This document shows, in pieces, positions 7,971 to 16,498 of a stretch of DNA of 25,002 bases. The DNA comes from Candidatus Eiseniibacteriota bacterium (GTDB lineage: Bacteria > Eisenbacteria > RBG-16-71-46): assembly GCA_044223005.1 (NCBI GenBank), contig JBGAML010000029.1:1-25002 (forward strand), in the 5' to 3' direction. Both the position numbers and the translations under genes were made by a program. Numbering within the stretch: the stretch's first letter is position 1; each line of letters starts with the position of its first letter. The notes beneath the pieces are model-generated. The model made no database searches, was not told the origin of the DNA, and saw only the letters and a program-made list of their open reading frames with translations.

Positions 7971-10900
7971 ATGAACGCTGCATCCCCCGATGTCGGGCGC
8001 ACACCACGGCTGTTGCCGCGCTTCCTGCTCGTGGCCGCCATCGCGCTCGCCGCGGAACTCGCGGTCATGGTGCTGGTCGTCGCGCCCGGGGAGCGCGCCG
8101 CCGCGCGGACCCGCATCCACCACGATTTCGAGCTGATCGCGGAGGCGCGCAGCACGGCGATCTCGCTGTGGTTTCGGGGCATGCTCACCGCAGTGCGGAC
8201 GGTGGCCACCTTCCCGTCGAGCGTGCGCATCGTGCAGGCGCATCCGAGCGAGCCGCCGGATCCGCACTTCGGCACCATCCTGAGCGAGTTCGCGGACCAG
8301 CACACGATGCGCTCGCTCGCCGTGCTCGACTCCGCCGGTCGCGTGCGCGCGGAGTCGCTGCGGCCGCTTCCGGTCTCGCCAGAGATCCTGGCGTTCGTGG
8401 GTACGGCGGAGCGCGCGAACCGCGACACGGTGGGGTTCTTCCTGGACGCGACGCTGCGGCCGACGGTCGTGGCCGTGGCCGACCTGCCGGTCGGTCTGGG
8501 AGGAGTAGTCGCGGTCGTGGACCCCGGTCACTGGCTCCTGCCGCTGCTCCATCCGGCTCCCAAGAGCGTGCCCCGTTCGGAAGCGCTGCTCATCGAAGTC
8601 GGTGATGCCGTCACCTTCCTGACGCCCGGGTACGGCCACGAGCGCGCCCCGATGCGGACGCGCGCCGCCCTGGCGTCGATCGGCGGCGAGCCGCTCGTCT
8701 ACGCGCGCTCCGGATTCGTGCGCGGTGAGGACGAATCGGGGGAACGCGTGCTCGCCCTCGTGACGCCGATCCCGTCGACGCCGTGGCGGCTGGTCCTCAA
8801 GACCGACGAGAGCGAGGCGCTCGCGGTGGTCGAGCGCGCGCTGTTCGCGCAGACGGTGTCGGGTGCCCTGTTCGTCCTCGCGCTCGTCGGGCTCGCGTTC
8901 TCCCTGCTCTGGGGACAGCGGCGAGCGACGGAGGCCTCGGTGGCGCACAACCGGGCCCGCTTCGCGGCGGTGATGGACGACGCCAGTGACGCGATCGTGC
9001 TGCTCGACGAAGGCGGGACCGTGCGCGAGTCGAACCAGCGCGCCGACGAACTCTTCGGCGACGGCCGGAGCCTGCTCGGCAGTTCCGCCATCGGCCGGCT
9101 CGTGCTCGAGGACGCGCCGGACCGACCGGAGCGTTCGCTGTGGGAGGTCGTCCGGGACACGCCCGCGGGACTTCGGGTCGCCGTGCACCGCACGGCGGGA
9201 GGCCGCAAGGTCCCGATCGAGGTCAGCGCCCGGCGCTCGCACGTCGAGGACGAAGGCGGCTGGATCGTCGTCGTCCGCGACGTGTCCGGGCGGCGCGAGT
9301 CCGAGGCGCAGATCCGGCGGCTGAACCGGCTCCTGCGCGCGACGTCGGACATCCGGACGGCGATCGTGCACGAGGAGGACGAGCAGCGGCTGTTCGACAG
9401 CGCGTGCCGCGTGGCCGTCGACACCGGTGGTTTCCGCCTCGCGGTCATGGTGCTCGCGGACGAGCGTCGCGGGACCCGCCGCGTCGCGGTCGCGCACGAG
9501 ACCGGCTACGGCCGCTGGAAGGACACGCTGCTCGCGTCGGCGAACGACGCGGTGCGCGCACACACTCCCTCGGCGGAGGCCATCCGGACGGGCCGGACGA
9601 TCCTCTCGAGCCACCTGGCCGTCGATCCCCGCTTCTCCCGCATCGCCCACCTGTTCGAGGATGCCGGCCTGCACGCCTGCATCGCCACGCCGCTCGTCGT
9701 CTCCAGCCAGGTGCGGGGCGCGTTCGCGCTCTATTCGGGCGAGGCCGAAGGCATGGACGACGAGGCGCTCTCGCTGATCCACGGGCTGGTGTCGGACCTC
9801 GGGCTGGCGCTGCGCGCGATCGAGGAGCGGACCCGGCGTCGGCAGCTCGAGGATCGCCTGCGCGCGGTCTTCGCCAGCGGCCCCGCGGGCATCGTCGCGC
9901 TGGACGCGAGCGCCCACGTCACCGACGCCAACGATGAGTTCCTGCGCATCGCCGCACGCACGCGCGCCGAAGTGGACTCGCATCGCATGGCGTGGGGCGA
10001 GTTGTGCGAGGTCGGGGCGCGCATCCCGCCCTCGGTGGGCGCGCCGCGCGCCGTCGAAGGGCTCGTCCGCCGGCCGGACGGCACGTCGGTGCCGGTCCTC
10101 GTCGGTCGCGTGGCGGTCGACGGAACGTCGGGCGAGTCGGTTGCGCTGCTGCTCGACGTGACGCAGGAGCGCCTGACGGCCGAATCGCTCCGCCAGACGC
10201 AGCTCCAGCTGCTGCAGGCGCAGAAGCTCGAGACGGTGGGCCGGCTCGCCGGCGGCGTCGCCCACGACTTCAACAACCTGCTCACGGTGATCCACGGCTA
10301 CACCGAGCTCATGCTCGCGGGTCCACCGCGCGACGCCGAGGACGGCATGCGGCTCGAGCAGATCCAGCGTGCGGCCGAGCGCGCGTCGGGGCTCACGCGC
10401 CAGCTGCTCGCGTTCAGCCGCCGCCAGGTGCTCGAACCGCGCGTGATCGACCTCGCCGAACTCGTTCGCGACGCCGAGAAGATGCTCCGGCGCCTGATCG
10501 GCGAGGACGTCGAACTCGCGATCGACTGCGCCGTCTCGGACGTTTTCGTGCTCGCCGATCCCGGGCAGGTCGAGCAGGTGCTCATGAACCTCATCGTCAA
10601 CGCTCGCGACGCGCTGCCCCAGGGCGGGCACGTTCGGGTCGGTCTCTCGCGGCGGCGGCTCGAGCCCGGTGCCGCCGACGAGAAGTCGCTGGCGCCCGGG
10701 GAGTACGTCGCGCTGGTGGTGGAGGACGACGGCGACGGCATTTCCGCCGAAGTGATGCCGAAGATCTTCGAGCCCTTCTTCACGACGAAGGAACTCGGCA
10801 AGGGCACGGGGCTCGGCCTCGCGACGGTCGAAGGAATCGTGCGCCAGAGTGGCGGCGCGATCGAGGCCGCGAGCGAGCCGGGCCGGGGCGCGCGCTTCAC

Positions 10901-11351
10901 GATCCTCCTGCCGCTCGTGGCGAGCGCGGGGCCGGGGGAACGCGCACCGCGCGACCTGCAGCCCGGTCGCGGCGAAAGCGTGCTCCTCGTCGAGGACGAC
11001 GCCACGGTGCGCGCACTCGCGCACGGCATGCTGGCGCGCATGGGCTACGACGTCTGCGCCGCCGACGGCGCCGCGACGGCGCTCGAAGTCGCCGCGGACC
11101 GCTCGCGGCGGATCGACCTGCTGCTCACCGACGTGGTCATGCGCGGTGGCAACGGGCGAGACCTGGCGCGGCGGTTCCTGGAGCTCCGGCCCGGCGTGCC
11201 GGTGCTGTTCGTGTCGGGTTTCGCGCACGACGCGTCGGCGCTGCAGACCATGGTCGACGCGGGCCACGCGTTCCTGCCCAAGCCGTTCTCCGCCGCCGGA
11301 CTGCAGCGGGCCGTGCGCGACGCGCTCCAGCGCGCCGCCCGCGTCGGGTGA
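7971..11351 (+). CDS. Membrane hybrid sensor histidine kinase (TM-extracytoplasmic sensor-TM, PAS, GAF, PAS, HisKA, HATPase, REC)
   Basis: H-box LAGGVAHDFNNLL, N-box QVLMNLIVNARDA, DDGDGI, FEPFFTTK, GTGLGLA; receiver LLVEDD/LLTDVVM/FLPKPF; two hydrophobic helices. The start is uncertain (7902 or 7971). Confidence 0.93.
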   Translation: MNAASPDVGRTPRLLPRFLLVAAIALAAELAVMVLVVAPGERAAARTRIHHDFELIAEARSTAISLWFRGMLTAVRTVATFPSSVRIVQAHPSEPPDPHFGTILSEFADQHTMRSLAVLDSAGRVRAESLRPLPVSPEILAFVGTAERANRDTVGFFLDATLRPTVVAVADLPVGLGGVVAVVDPGHWLLPLLHPAPKSVPRSEALLIEVGDAVTFLTPGYGHERAPMRTRAALASIGGEPLVYARSGFVRGEDESGERVLALVTPIPSTPWRLVLKTDESEALAVVERALFAQTVSGALFVLALVGLAFSLLWGQRRATEASVAHNRARFAAVMDDASDAIVLLDEGGTVRESNQRADELFGDGRSLLGSSAIGRLVLEDAPDRPERSLWEVVRDTPAGLRVAVHRTAGGRKVPIEVSARRSHVEDEGGWIVVVRDVSGRRESEAQIRRLNRLLRATSDIRTAIVHEEDEQRLFDSACRVAVDTGGFRLAVMVLADERRGTRRVAVAHETGYGRWKDTLLASANDAVRAHTPSAEAIRTGRTILSSHLAVDPRFSRIAHLFEDAGLHACIATPLVVSSQVRGAFALYSGEAEGMDDEALSLIHGLVSDLGLALRAIEERTRRRQLEDRLRAVFASGPAGIVALDASAHVTDANDEFLRIAARTRAEVDSHRMAWGELCEVGARIPPSVGAPRAVEGLVRRPDGTSVPVLVGRVAVDGTSGESVALLLDVTQERLTAESLRQTQLQLLQAQKLETVGRLAGGVAHDFNNLLTVIHGYTELMLAGPPRDAEDGMRLEQIQRAAERASGLTRQLLAFSRRQVLEPRVIDLAELVRDAEKMLRRLIGEDVELAIDCAVSDVFVLADPGQVEQVLMNLIVNARDALPQGGHVRVGLSRRRLEPGAADEKSLAPGEYVALVVEDDGDGISAEVMPKIFEPFFTTKELGKGTGLGLATVEGIVRQSGGAIEAASEPGRGARFTILLPLVASAGPGERAPRDLQPGRGESVLLVEDDATVRALAHGMLARMGYDVCAADGAATALEVAADRSRRIDLLLTDVVMRGGNGRDLARRFLELRPGVPVLFVSGFAHDASALQTMVDAGHAFLPKPFSAAGLQRAVRDALQRAARVG

Positions 11352-11378
11352 GCGCACGCTCGCCGGTGGCCGGCCCGC

Positions 11379-11407
11379 TTGCGCGCGGGGGCCGGGCGGG
11401 ATAGATT
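11379..11407 (+). promoter_or_regulatory. Putative sigma70 promoter for tRNA-Pro(GGG)
   Basis: TTGCGC-N17-TAGATT about 29 nt upstream of the tRNA. Confidence 0.55.
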
Positions 11408-11435
11408 CTCGGCCCGCTTTTCCAGTGGATCCGGT

Positions 11436-11512
<77 letters not shown>

Positions 11513-11535
11513 TTCTTCCTTCCACGGGTCCTCGC

Positions 11536-12330
11536 ATGCTCGCCGTCCTCGCGTACCGCGCCGCAGCCGCCGGGGCCGAAGTGCTTCCCGTTCCCGTGGC
11601 CGACGCTCTCGCGGCGGGTATCGCCCGCGCCACGTTCGCGGCCCGGGTACCCGCCCGCCGGGCGCTCGAGGCCAATCTCGCCCGGGTGCTGCCCGAAATG
11701 GCCCCTCGCCGCCGCCGGGCCGTCGCGCGCCAGGCCTTCGTCTCGTTCGCGCTCTCGTTCACCCGTTTCCTGCGCCGCCACGAGCCGCTGCGGGACGTGC
11801 CGGTGCACGGCGCCGCCCACCTCGAGGCGGCGCGGGCGAGCGGGCGCGGCGTGATCGTGCTCTCGGCGCACCTGGGCGACTGGGAGAGCGGCGCCGCGGC
11901 GCTGGCCGCGCGGGGACTGCCGCTGCACGTGCTCGCCCGGCCGCAGGCCGCGGCGGCCGTGCAGGCCCTGTTCGGCGCCCGGCGCGAGTCGGCAGGCGTG
12001 CACGCCCTCTCGGCGCGGGCGATCTACGCGGAGACGGCCGCCGCCCTGCGACGTGGGGAGTGGGTGGCGCTGATGGCCGATCGTGGCGCCGTGCGCGGCG
12101 CGGGTTCCGTCTGCGCGTGGGCGGCCGCGCTCGCCGAGCGCACCGGCGCGCTCGTGCTCCCGGCGGTGTGCGTGCGCGAGCCCGGCGGCGAGCTGGCGCT
12201 CCGCGTGGAGCCGGCGCTGGATCCCGCGCGCTGTCGCGAGGGCGCCTTCCGCGTGACGCTGCGCGACTGGCTCGCGCGCTGGCCCGGCCAGTGGGCCGCG
12301 TTCGAACCGCTGCCCGAAGGCATCGCATGA
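11536..12330 (+). CDS. Lysophospholipid/lipid A-type acyltransferase (LpxL/PatA-like family)
   Basis: GRGVIVLSAHLGDWE catalytic motif, LRRGEWVALMADR and C-terminal PGQW; ATG at 11536 just after the tRNA. Confidence 0.8.
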   Translation: MLAVLAYRAAAAGAEVLPVPVADALAAGIARATFAARVPARRALEANLARVLPEMAPRRRRAVARQAFVSFALSFTRFLRRHEPLRDVPVHGAAHLEAARASGRGVIVLSAHLGDWESGAAALAARGLPLHVLARPQAAAAVQALFGARRESAGVHALSARAIYAETAAALRRGEWVALMADRGAVRGAGSVCAWAAALAERTGALVLPAVCVREPGGELALRVEPALDPARCREGAFRVTLRDWLARWPGQWAAFEPLPEGIA

Positions 12331-13013
12331 CGCTGCGCGCCGCCGCGCTGGTGCCCGCCTACCAGGCCGCCGCGCATCTCGGCGAAGTGCTCACGGGCCT
12401 CGCCGCGCTCCCGGAGCCGCTGCACGTCCTCGTCGTCGACGACGGTTCGCGCGACGCGACGGCCCAGGTGGCCCGGCAGTTCGGGGCCGAGGTGATCTCG
12501 TTCGCCGCCAATCGCGGCAAGGGGCACGCTCTCCTCGCGGGCTTCGAGGCGCTGCGCGCATTCGACGCCGTGATCACGCTGGACGCCGATGGCCAGCATC
12601 CGCCCGCGTGCGTGCCCGCGTTCCTCGCGGCCGCGGAAGCGGGCGCCGACCTCGTGCTCGGCACGCGCGAGATCACGCCCGACATGCCGCCGCAGCGGCG
12701 GTTCGCGAACCGCTTCAGCAGCGCCTGGTGCTCGCGCATCGCGGGGCAGCGGATCGGCGACAGCCAGTGCGGCTACCGCCTCTACCGCCGCGAGGTCCTG
12801 CGCCGGACGCCCGTCCGCGCCAGCCGCTACGAGGTCGAGACCGAGATGGCGGTGCGCGCCGCGCGGCTGGGCTTCCGCATCGCCGAGGTCCCGATCCCGA
12901 CGGTCTACGGCGACGAGACGAGTCACCTGAGTCCGACGCGCGACGTGCCGCGTATCGTCGCCATGATGGTCCGGCTGTCCCTCGAGCCGCCTCCCACCGC
13001 GAAAGGATCCTGA
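12327..13013 (+). CDS. Family 2 glycosyltransferase (DPM/DPG synthase-like)
   Basis: ATGA overlap; VPAYQ, VVDDGSRDAT, NRGKG, TLDADGQH, DSQCGYR and YEVETE motifs. Confidence 0.92.
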   Translation: MTLRAAALVPAYQAAAHLGEVLTGLAALPEPLHVLVVDDGSRDATAQVARQFGAEVISFAANRGKGHALLAGFEALRAFDAVITLDADGQHPPACVPAFLAAAEAGADLVLGTREITPDMPPQRRFANRFSSAWCSRIAGQRIGDSQCGYRLYRREVLRRTPVRASRYEVETEMAVRAARLGFRIAEVPIPTVYGDETSHLSPTRDVPRIVAMMVRLSLEPPPTAKGS

Positions 13014-13759
13014 TGCATTTCCTCGTCACCAACGACGACGGCATCCATTCCCCGGCCCTGCAGCAGCTGCGCCGGCGGCTCGAGGCGTTCGGGCGCGTCA
13101 GCGTCATCGCGCCGGATCGCAACCAGAGCGCCACGTCGCAGGCGCTCACGCTGCACCGGCCGCTGCGGATCCACGCGCTCGGCGAGAACACGTGGAGCGT
13201 CGACGGGACGCCCGCCGACTGCGTGCTGGTCGCGTTCCACGGCAAGCTGATCGAGCCGCCGACCTTCGTGGTGTCGGGCATCAACCACGGCCCGAACATG
13301 GGCGAGGACGTCTTCTACTCGGGCACGGTGGCGGCGGCGATCGAAGGCGCGCTCCAGGGTGTGCCCGCGCTGGCGGCGTCGCTGGTGACGCGCAAGCCCA
13401 CCGACTTCGCCGAGCCCGCCGACATGATCGGCGAGATGATCGGCCAGATCCTGCAGCGCGGGCTCCCCGAGCGGCTGCTGCTCAACGTGAACTTCCCGTT
13501 CCGCCCGCGTACCGAGCTCACCGGCGTCCAGGTGACGCGGCTCGGGAGCCGCGCCTACGAGGACACCCTGGTGCACAAGGTGGATCCGCGCGGGCGCGAC
13601 TACTGGTGGATCGGCGGCGAGGATCCCGTGTGGCGGCCGGACCCGGGGACGGATTTCCACGCGGTGCACGACGGTGCGGTGAGCGTGACCCCGCTGCAGC
13701 TCGAGCTCAGCGACCGCGCGCGCATCGAGGAGATGCAGGGATGGAACCTGCGGATCTGA
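13013..13759 (+). CDS. surE: 5'/3'-nucleotidase SurE
   Basis: TGATG coupling; LVTNDDG, APDRNQSA, VDGTPADCV, VSGINHGPN and YSGTVAAA motifs. Confidence 0.97.
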   Translation: MHFLVTNDDGIHSPALQQLRRRLEAFGRVSVIAPDRNQSATSQALTLHRPLRIHALGENTWSVDGTPADCVLVAFHGKLIEPPTFVVSGINHGPNMGEDVFYSGTVAAAIEGALQGVPALAASLVTRKPTDFAEPADMIGEMIGQILQRGLPERLLLNVNFPFRPRTELTGVQVTRLGSRAYEDTLVHKVDPRGRDYWWIGGEDPVWRPDPGTDFHAVHDGAVSVTPLQLELSDRARIEEMQGWNLRI

Positions 13760-14430
13760 CGCCGGCCGCGGACGCCCCGCGACGAGCCGAGCGACTGCGC
13801 ATGGTCGAGGAGCAGCTCGTGGCGCGCGGCATTCGCGACGCGCGCGTGCTCGCGGCGATGCGCGCCGTCCCGCGGCACGTGTTCGTGCCCGAGGCGTTCA
13901 CGAGCGAGGCCTACGCCGACTCCGCACTGCCCACCGCGGAAGGGCAGACCGTGTCGCAGCCGTGGATCGTGGCGCGCATGCTGGAGCTTGCGGAGCTCGC
14001 GCCGGGCATGACGGTGCTCGAGGTCGGGTCCGGCACCGGGTACCAGGCCGCGCTGCTCGCGCGCCTCGTCGGCCACGTCTGCACCGTCGAGCGCCTGCCG
14101 GGGCTGGCGGTCACGGCGCGCGAACGCCTGCGCGCGCTGGGCGCCGCGAACGTCGACGTCCGCGTGGGGGACGGGAGCCTCGGTTGGCAGGAGTTCGCAC
14201 CGTATGCTAGTGTGCTTGCCGCTGCGGCGGCACCGCATGTCCCTGAAGCACTGCTTCGGCAGCTGGCGGACGGAGGCGTGCTGGTGGTGCCGGTCGGCGG
14301 GGCTCGCGGGCAGCGCCTGGAAACCTGGCGGCGCCGGGGTTCGAAGTACGAGTGCCAGCGGCACGGCGAGTGCCGGTTCGTCCCGCTCATCGGCGCGGAC
14401 GCCTGGCGCAGCGATTCGCATCACAACTGA
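13741..14430 (+). CDS. pcm: Protein-L-isoaspartate O-methyltransferase
   Basis: [35 protein letters not shown] and CRFVPL motifs; surE-pcm synteny. An alternative start is at 13801. Confidence 0.95.
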   Translation: MEPADLTPAADAPRRAERLRMVEEQLVARGIRDARVLAAMRAVPRHVFVPEAFTSEAYADSALPTAEGQTVSQPWIVARMLELAELAPGMTVLEVGSGTGYQAALLARLVGHVCTVERLPGLAVTARERLRALGAANVDVRVGDGSLGWQEFAPYASVLAAAAAPHVPEALLRQLADGGVLVVPVGGARGQRLETWRRRGSKYECQRHGECRFVPLIGADAWRSDSHHN

Positions 14431-14444
14431 AATCCCGTTTCGGT

Positions 14445-14521
<77 letters not shown>

Positions 14522-14529
14522 TCCATTGC

Positions 14530-14565
14530 CGAGGACCCGTTCCCACGAACGGGTCCTCGCCGTTT
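14530..14565 (+). terminator. Hairpin after tRNA-Pro(CGG); probable weak intrinsic terminator or processing signal
   Basis: 13-bp perfect stem CGAGGACCCGTTC/GAACGGGTCCTCG with a CCAC loop, followed by CCGTTT. Confidence 0.6.
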
Positions 14566-14609
14566 CCCGTGCGCTTGCGCGGCTCCGCGCGGCGCGCGAT
14601 GCTGGAGCC

Positions 14610-14882
14610 ATGAACGTCGTTCACGCCGTGATCCATGGTCGCGTGCAGGGAGTGGGCTTCCGGGCCTTCGTCCTGCGCCGGGCGCGCGAGCACGGCGTGC
14701 ACGGCGAGGCGCGCAACACCCCCGACGGCGGCGTCGAGGTGATCGCGGAGGGCGATCCGGAGCGGATCGACGCGTTCATCGAGGAGGTCCGCCAGGGCCC
14801 GACGCTCGCGCGCGTCGAGCACGTCGAGCTCCGCGAGCACGAGTCCGAACCGCGCTACCGCAGCTTCACGATCACCGGATGA
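14610..14882 (+). CDS. acyP: Acylphosphatase
   Basis: GRVQGVGFR signature, [10 protein letters not shown] and GPTLARV; GGAG SD; 90 aa. Confidence 0.93.
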   Translation: MNVVHAVIHGRVQGVGFRAFVLRRAREHGVHGEARNTPDGGVEVIAEGDPERIDAFIEEVRQGPTLARVEHVELREHESEPRYRSFTITG

Positions 14883-15967
14883 GCCTCGTGAACGCCCCCC
14901 AGTTGCTCGATTTCCGTGCCCGCCTCGAGGCGTGGCGCCTCAAGGTCCAGGGCGCCGGCGAGCTGACGCGCCGCGACGTCGACGCGATCCTGCTGGAGCC
15001 CGACTTCGACGAGGTCGCGTACGCCGAATGGCGGGACGATCTCGCCGAGTCCGGCGTCACGCTCGCGGACGAGGAGGGAGAACCCGGCCCCGGGCTGGGC
15101 GTCGACCGCCGCGCGCTGCGCGCCGAAGCCGGGCGCGACCTGCTCGACCTGTACCTCGACGAGATCGGCCGCGTGCCGGTGCTCCCGCACGACGTCCTGC
15201 TCGAAGTCGCGGCGCGGGCGCGCGCGGGCTCGGAGCCGGCCCGGAAGCAGATGATCCTCGCGAACCTGCGGCTCGTCGTGCACGTCGCGCGCGGCTACCG
15301 CGAGCGGGGCCTGCCGTTCCTCGACCTGATCGAGGAAGGCAACCTCGGTCTCATCCAGGCCGTGGACCGTTTCGAGCCCGAGCGGGGACTGCGCTTCTCG
15401 ACCTACGCTTCGCTGTGGATCCGGCAGGCGATCCTGCGCGGACTCGCCGAGCAGTCGCGCGCGGTGCGCATCCCCGTGCAGATGTTCCGGCAGATGAACC
15501 GGCTCGTCGCCGTCCACCGCATGCTGCGCCTGAAGCTGGGCCGCGAGCCGCTCGACACCGAACTCGCGCGCGAACTGCAGATCAGCGTCGTGCGCGTCGA
15601 ACGCCTGCGGGCGCTGTTCGCGGGCATGCAGACGCTCGACGTCCCGAGCGGCGCGGACGCCTTCGAGGAACTCTCCTCGGAGGTGCTCGATTCGGCGCCG
15701 CCGTCGGTGGAGCGACTCGTCGAATTGCAGCTCGAGCACGAGAAGATCGACCGGCTCCTGCGCTCGCTCGACCGGCGGGAGGAGCAGCTGATTCGTCTGC
15801 GCTACGGATTCCAGGACGGAGTCGCCCGCTCGCTGCAGGAGACCGGCGAACACTTCGGCATCTCGCGCGAGCGCGTCCGGCAGATCGAAGCGCGCGCGCT
15901 CCAGAAGCTCCGGGAGGCGATCGACCTCGCCGACTCCGGGGCCGCCATCCAGGAGGCCCGCTTGTGA
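14879..15967 (+). CDS. Sigma-70 family RNA polymerase sigma factor, RpoD/RpoS-like (probably non-primary)
   Basis: Region 1.2 LDLYLDEIG, region 2 [25 protein letters not shown], region 4 SLQETG...[13 protein letters not shown] overlap; lies downstream of surE-pcm as rpoS does. Confidence 0.9.
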   Translation: MSLVNAPQLLDFRARLEAWRLKVQGAGELTRRDVDAILLEPDFDEVAYAEWRDDLAESGVTLADEEGEPGPGLGVDRRALRAEAGRDLLDLYLDEIGRVPVLPHDVLLEVAARARAGSEPARKQMILANLRLVVHVARGYRERGLPFLDLIEEGNLGLIQAVDRFEPERGLRFSTYASLWIRQAILRGLAEQSRAVRIPVQMFRQMNRLVAVHRMLRLKLGREPLDTELARELQISVVRVERLRALFAGMQTLDVPSGADAFEELSSEVLDSAPPSVERLVELQLEHEKIDRLLRSLDRREEQLIRLRYGFQDGVARSLQETGEHFGISRERVRQIEARALQKLREAIDLADSGAAIQEARL

Positions 15968-16485
15968 AGGACCTGACCGGCTACGTGCGCGACGTTCCCG
16001 ACTTCCCGAAGAAGGGCATCCTGTTCAAGGACATCACGCCGCTGATCGGGACGCCCGACGCGTTCGCCGAGTCGGTCCGCCAGCTGGCCGCGCGGGCCAG
16101 CCGCCCGGACGCGGTGGTGGCGATCGAGTCCCGCGGCTTCATCTTCGGGGCGCCGCTCGCCCAGCACTGGAACGTGCCGTTCGTGCCCGCGCGCAAGTTC
16201 GGCAAGCTGCCTGGGCGCACGGTGCGGCAGGTCTATTCGCTCGAGTACGGCGAGGACACCCTGGAACTGCACGCCGACGCGCTGCAGCCGGGATGGAAGG
16301 TCGTGGTCGTGGACGACCTGCTCGCGACGGGCGGGACCGCGGGCGCGACGGTCGGGCTCGTCGAGCAGCTGGGCGCGCGCGTGGTCGCCGCGCTGTTCGC
16401 GATCGAGTTGCAGGGGCTCGGCGGGCGGGAGCGTCTTGCACCGACGCCGGTCGAAGCCCTGATGGCGTTCCGCGTTTCCGAGTAG
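15964..16485 (+). CDS. apt: Adenine phosphoribosyltransferase
   Basis: GTGA overlap; [35 protein letters not shown] and [10 protein letters not shown] motifs. Confidence 0.97.
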   Translation: MKDLTGYVRDVPDFPKKGILFKDITPLIGTPDAFAESVRQLAARASRPDAVVAIESRGFIFGAPLAQHWNVPFVPARKFGKLPGRTVRQVYSLEYGEDTLELHADALQPGWKVVVVDDLLATGGTAGATVGLVEQLGARVVAALFAIELQGLGGRERLAPTPVEALMAFRVSE

Positions 16486-16498
16486 CCGCGCCGCCGCG

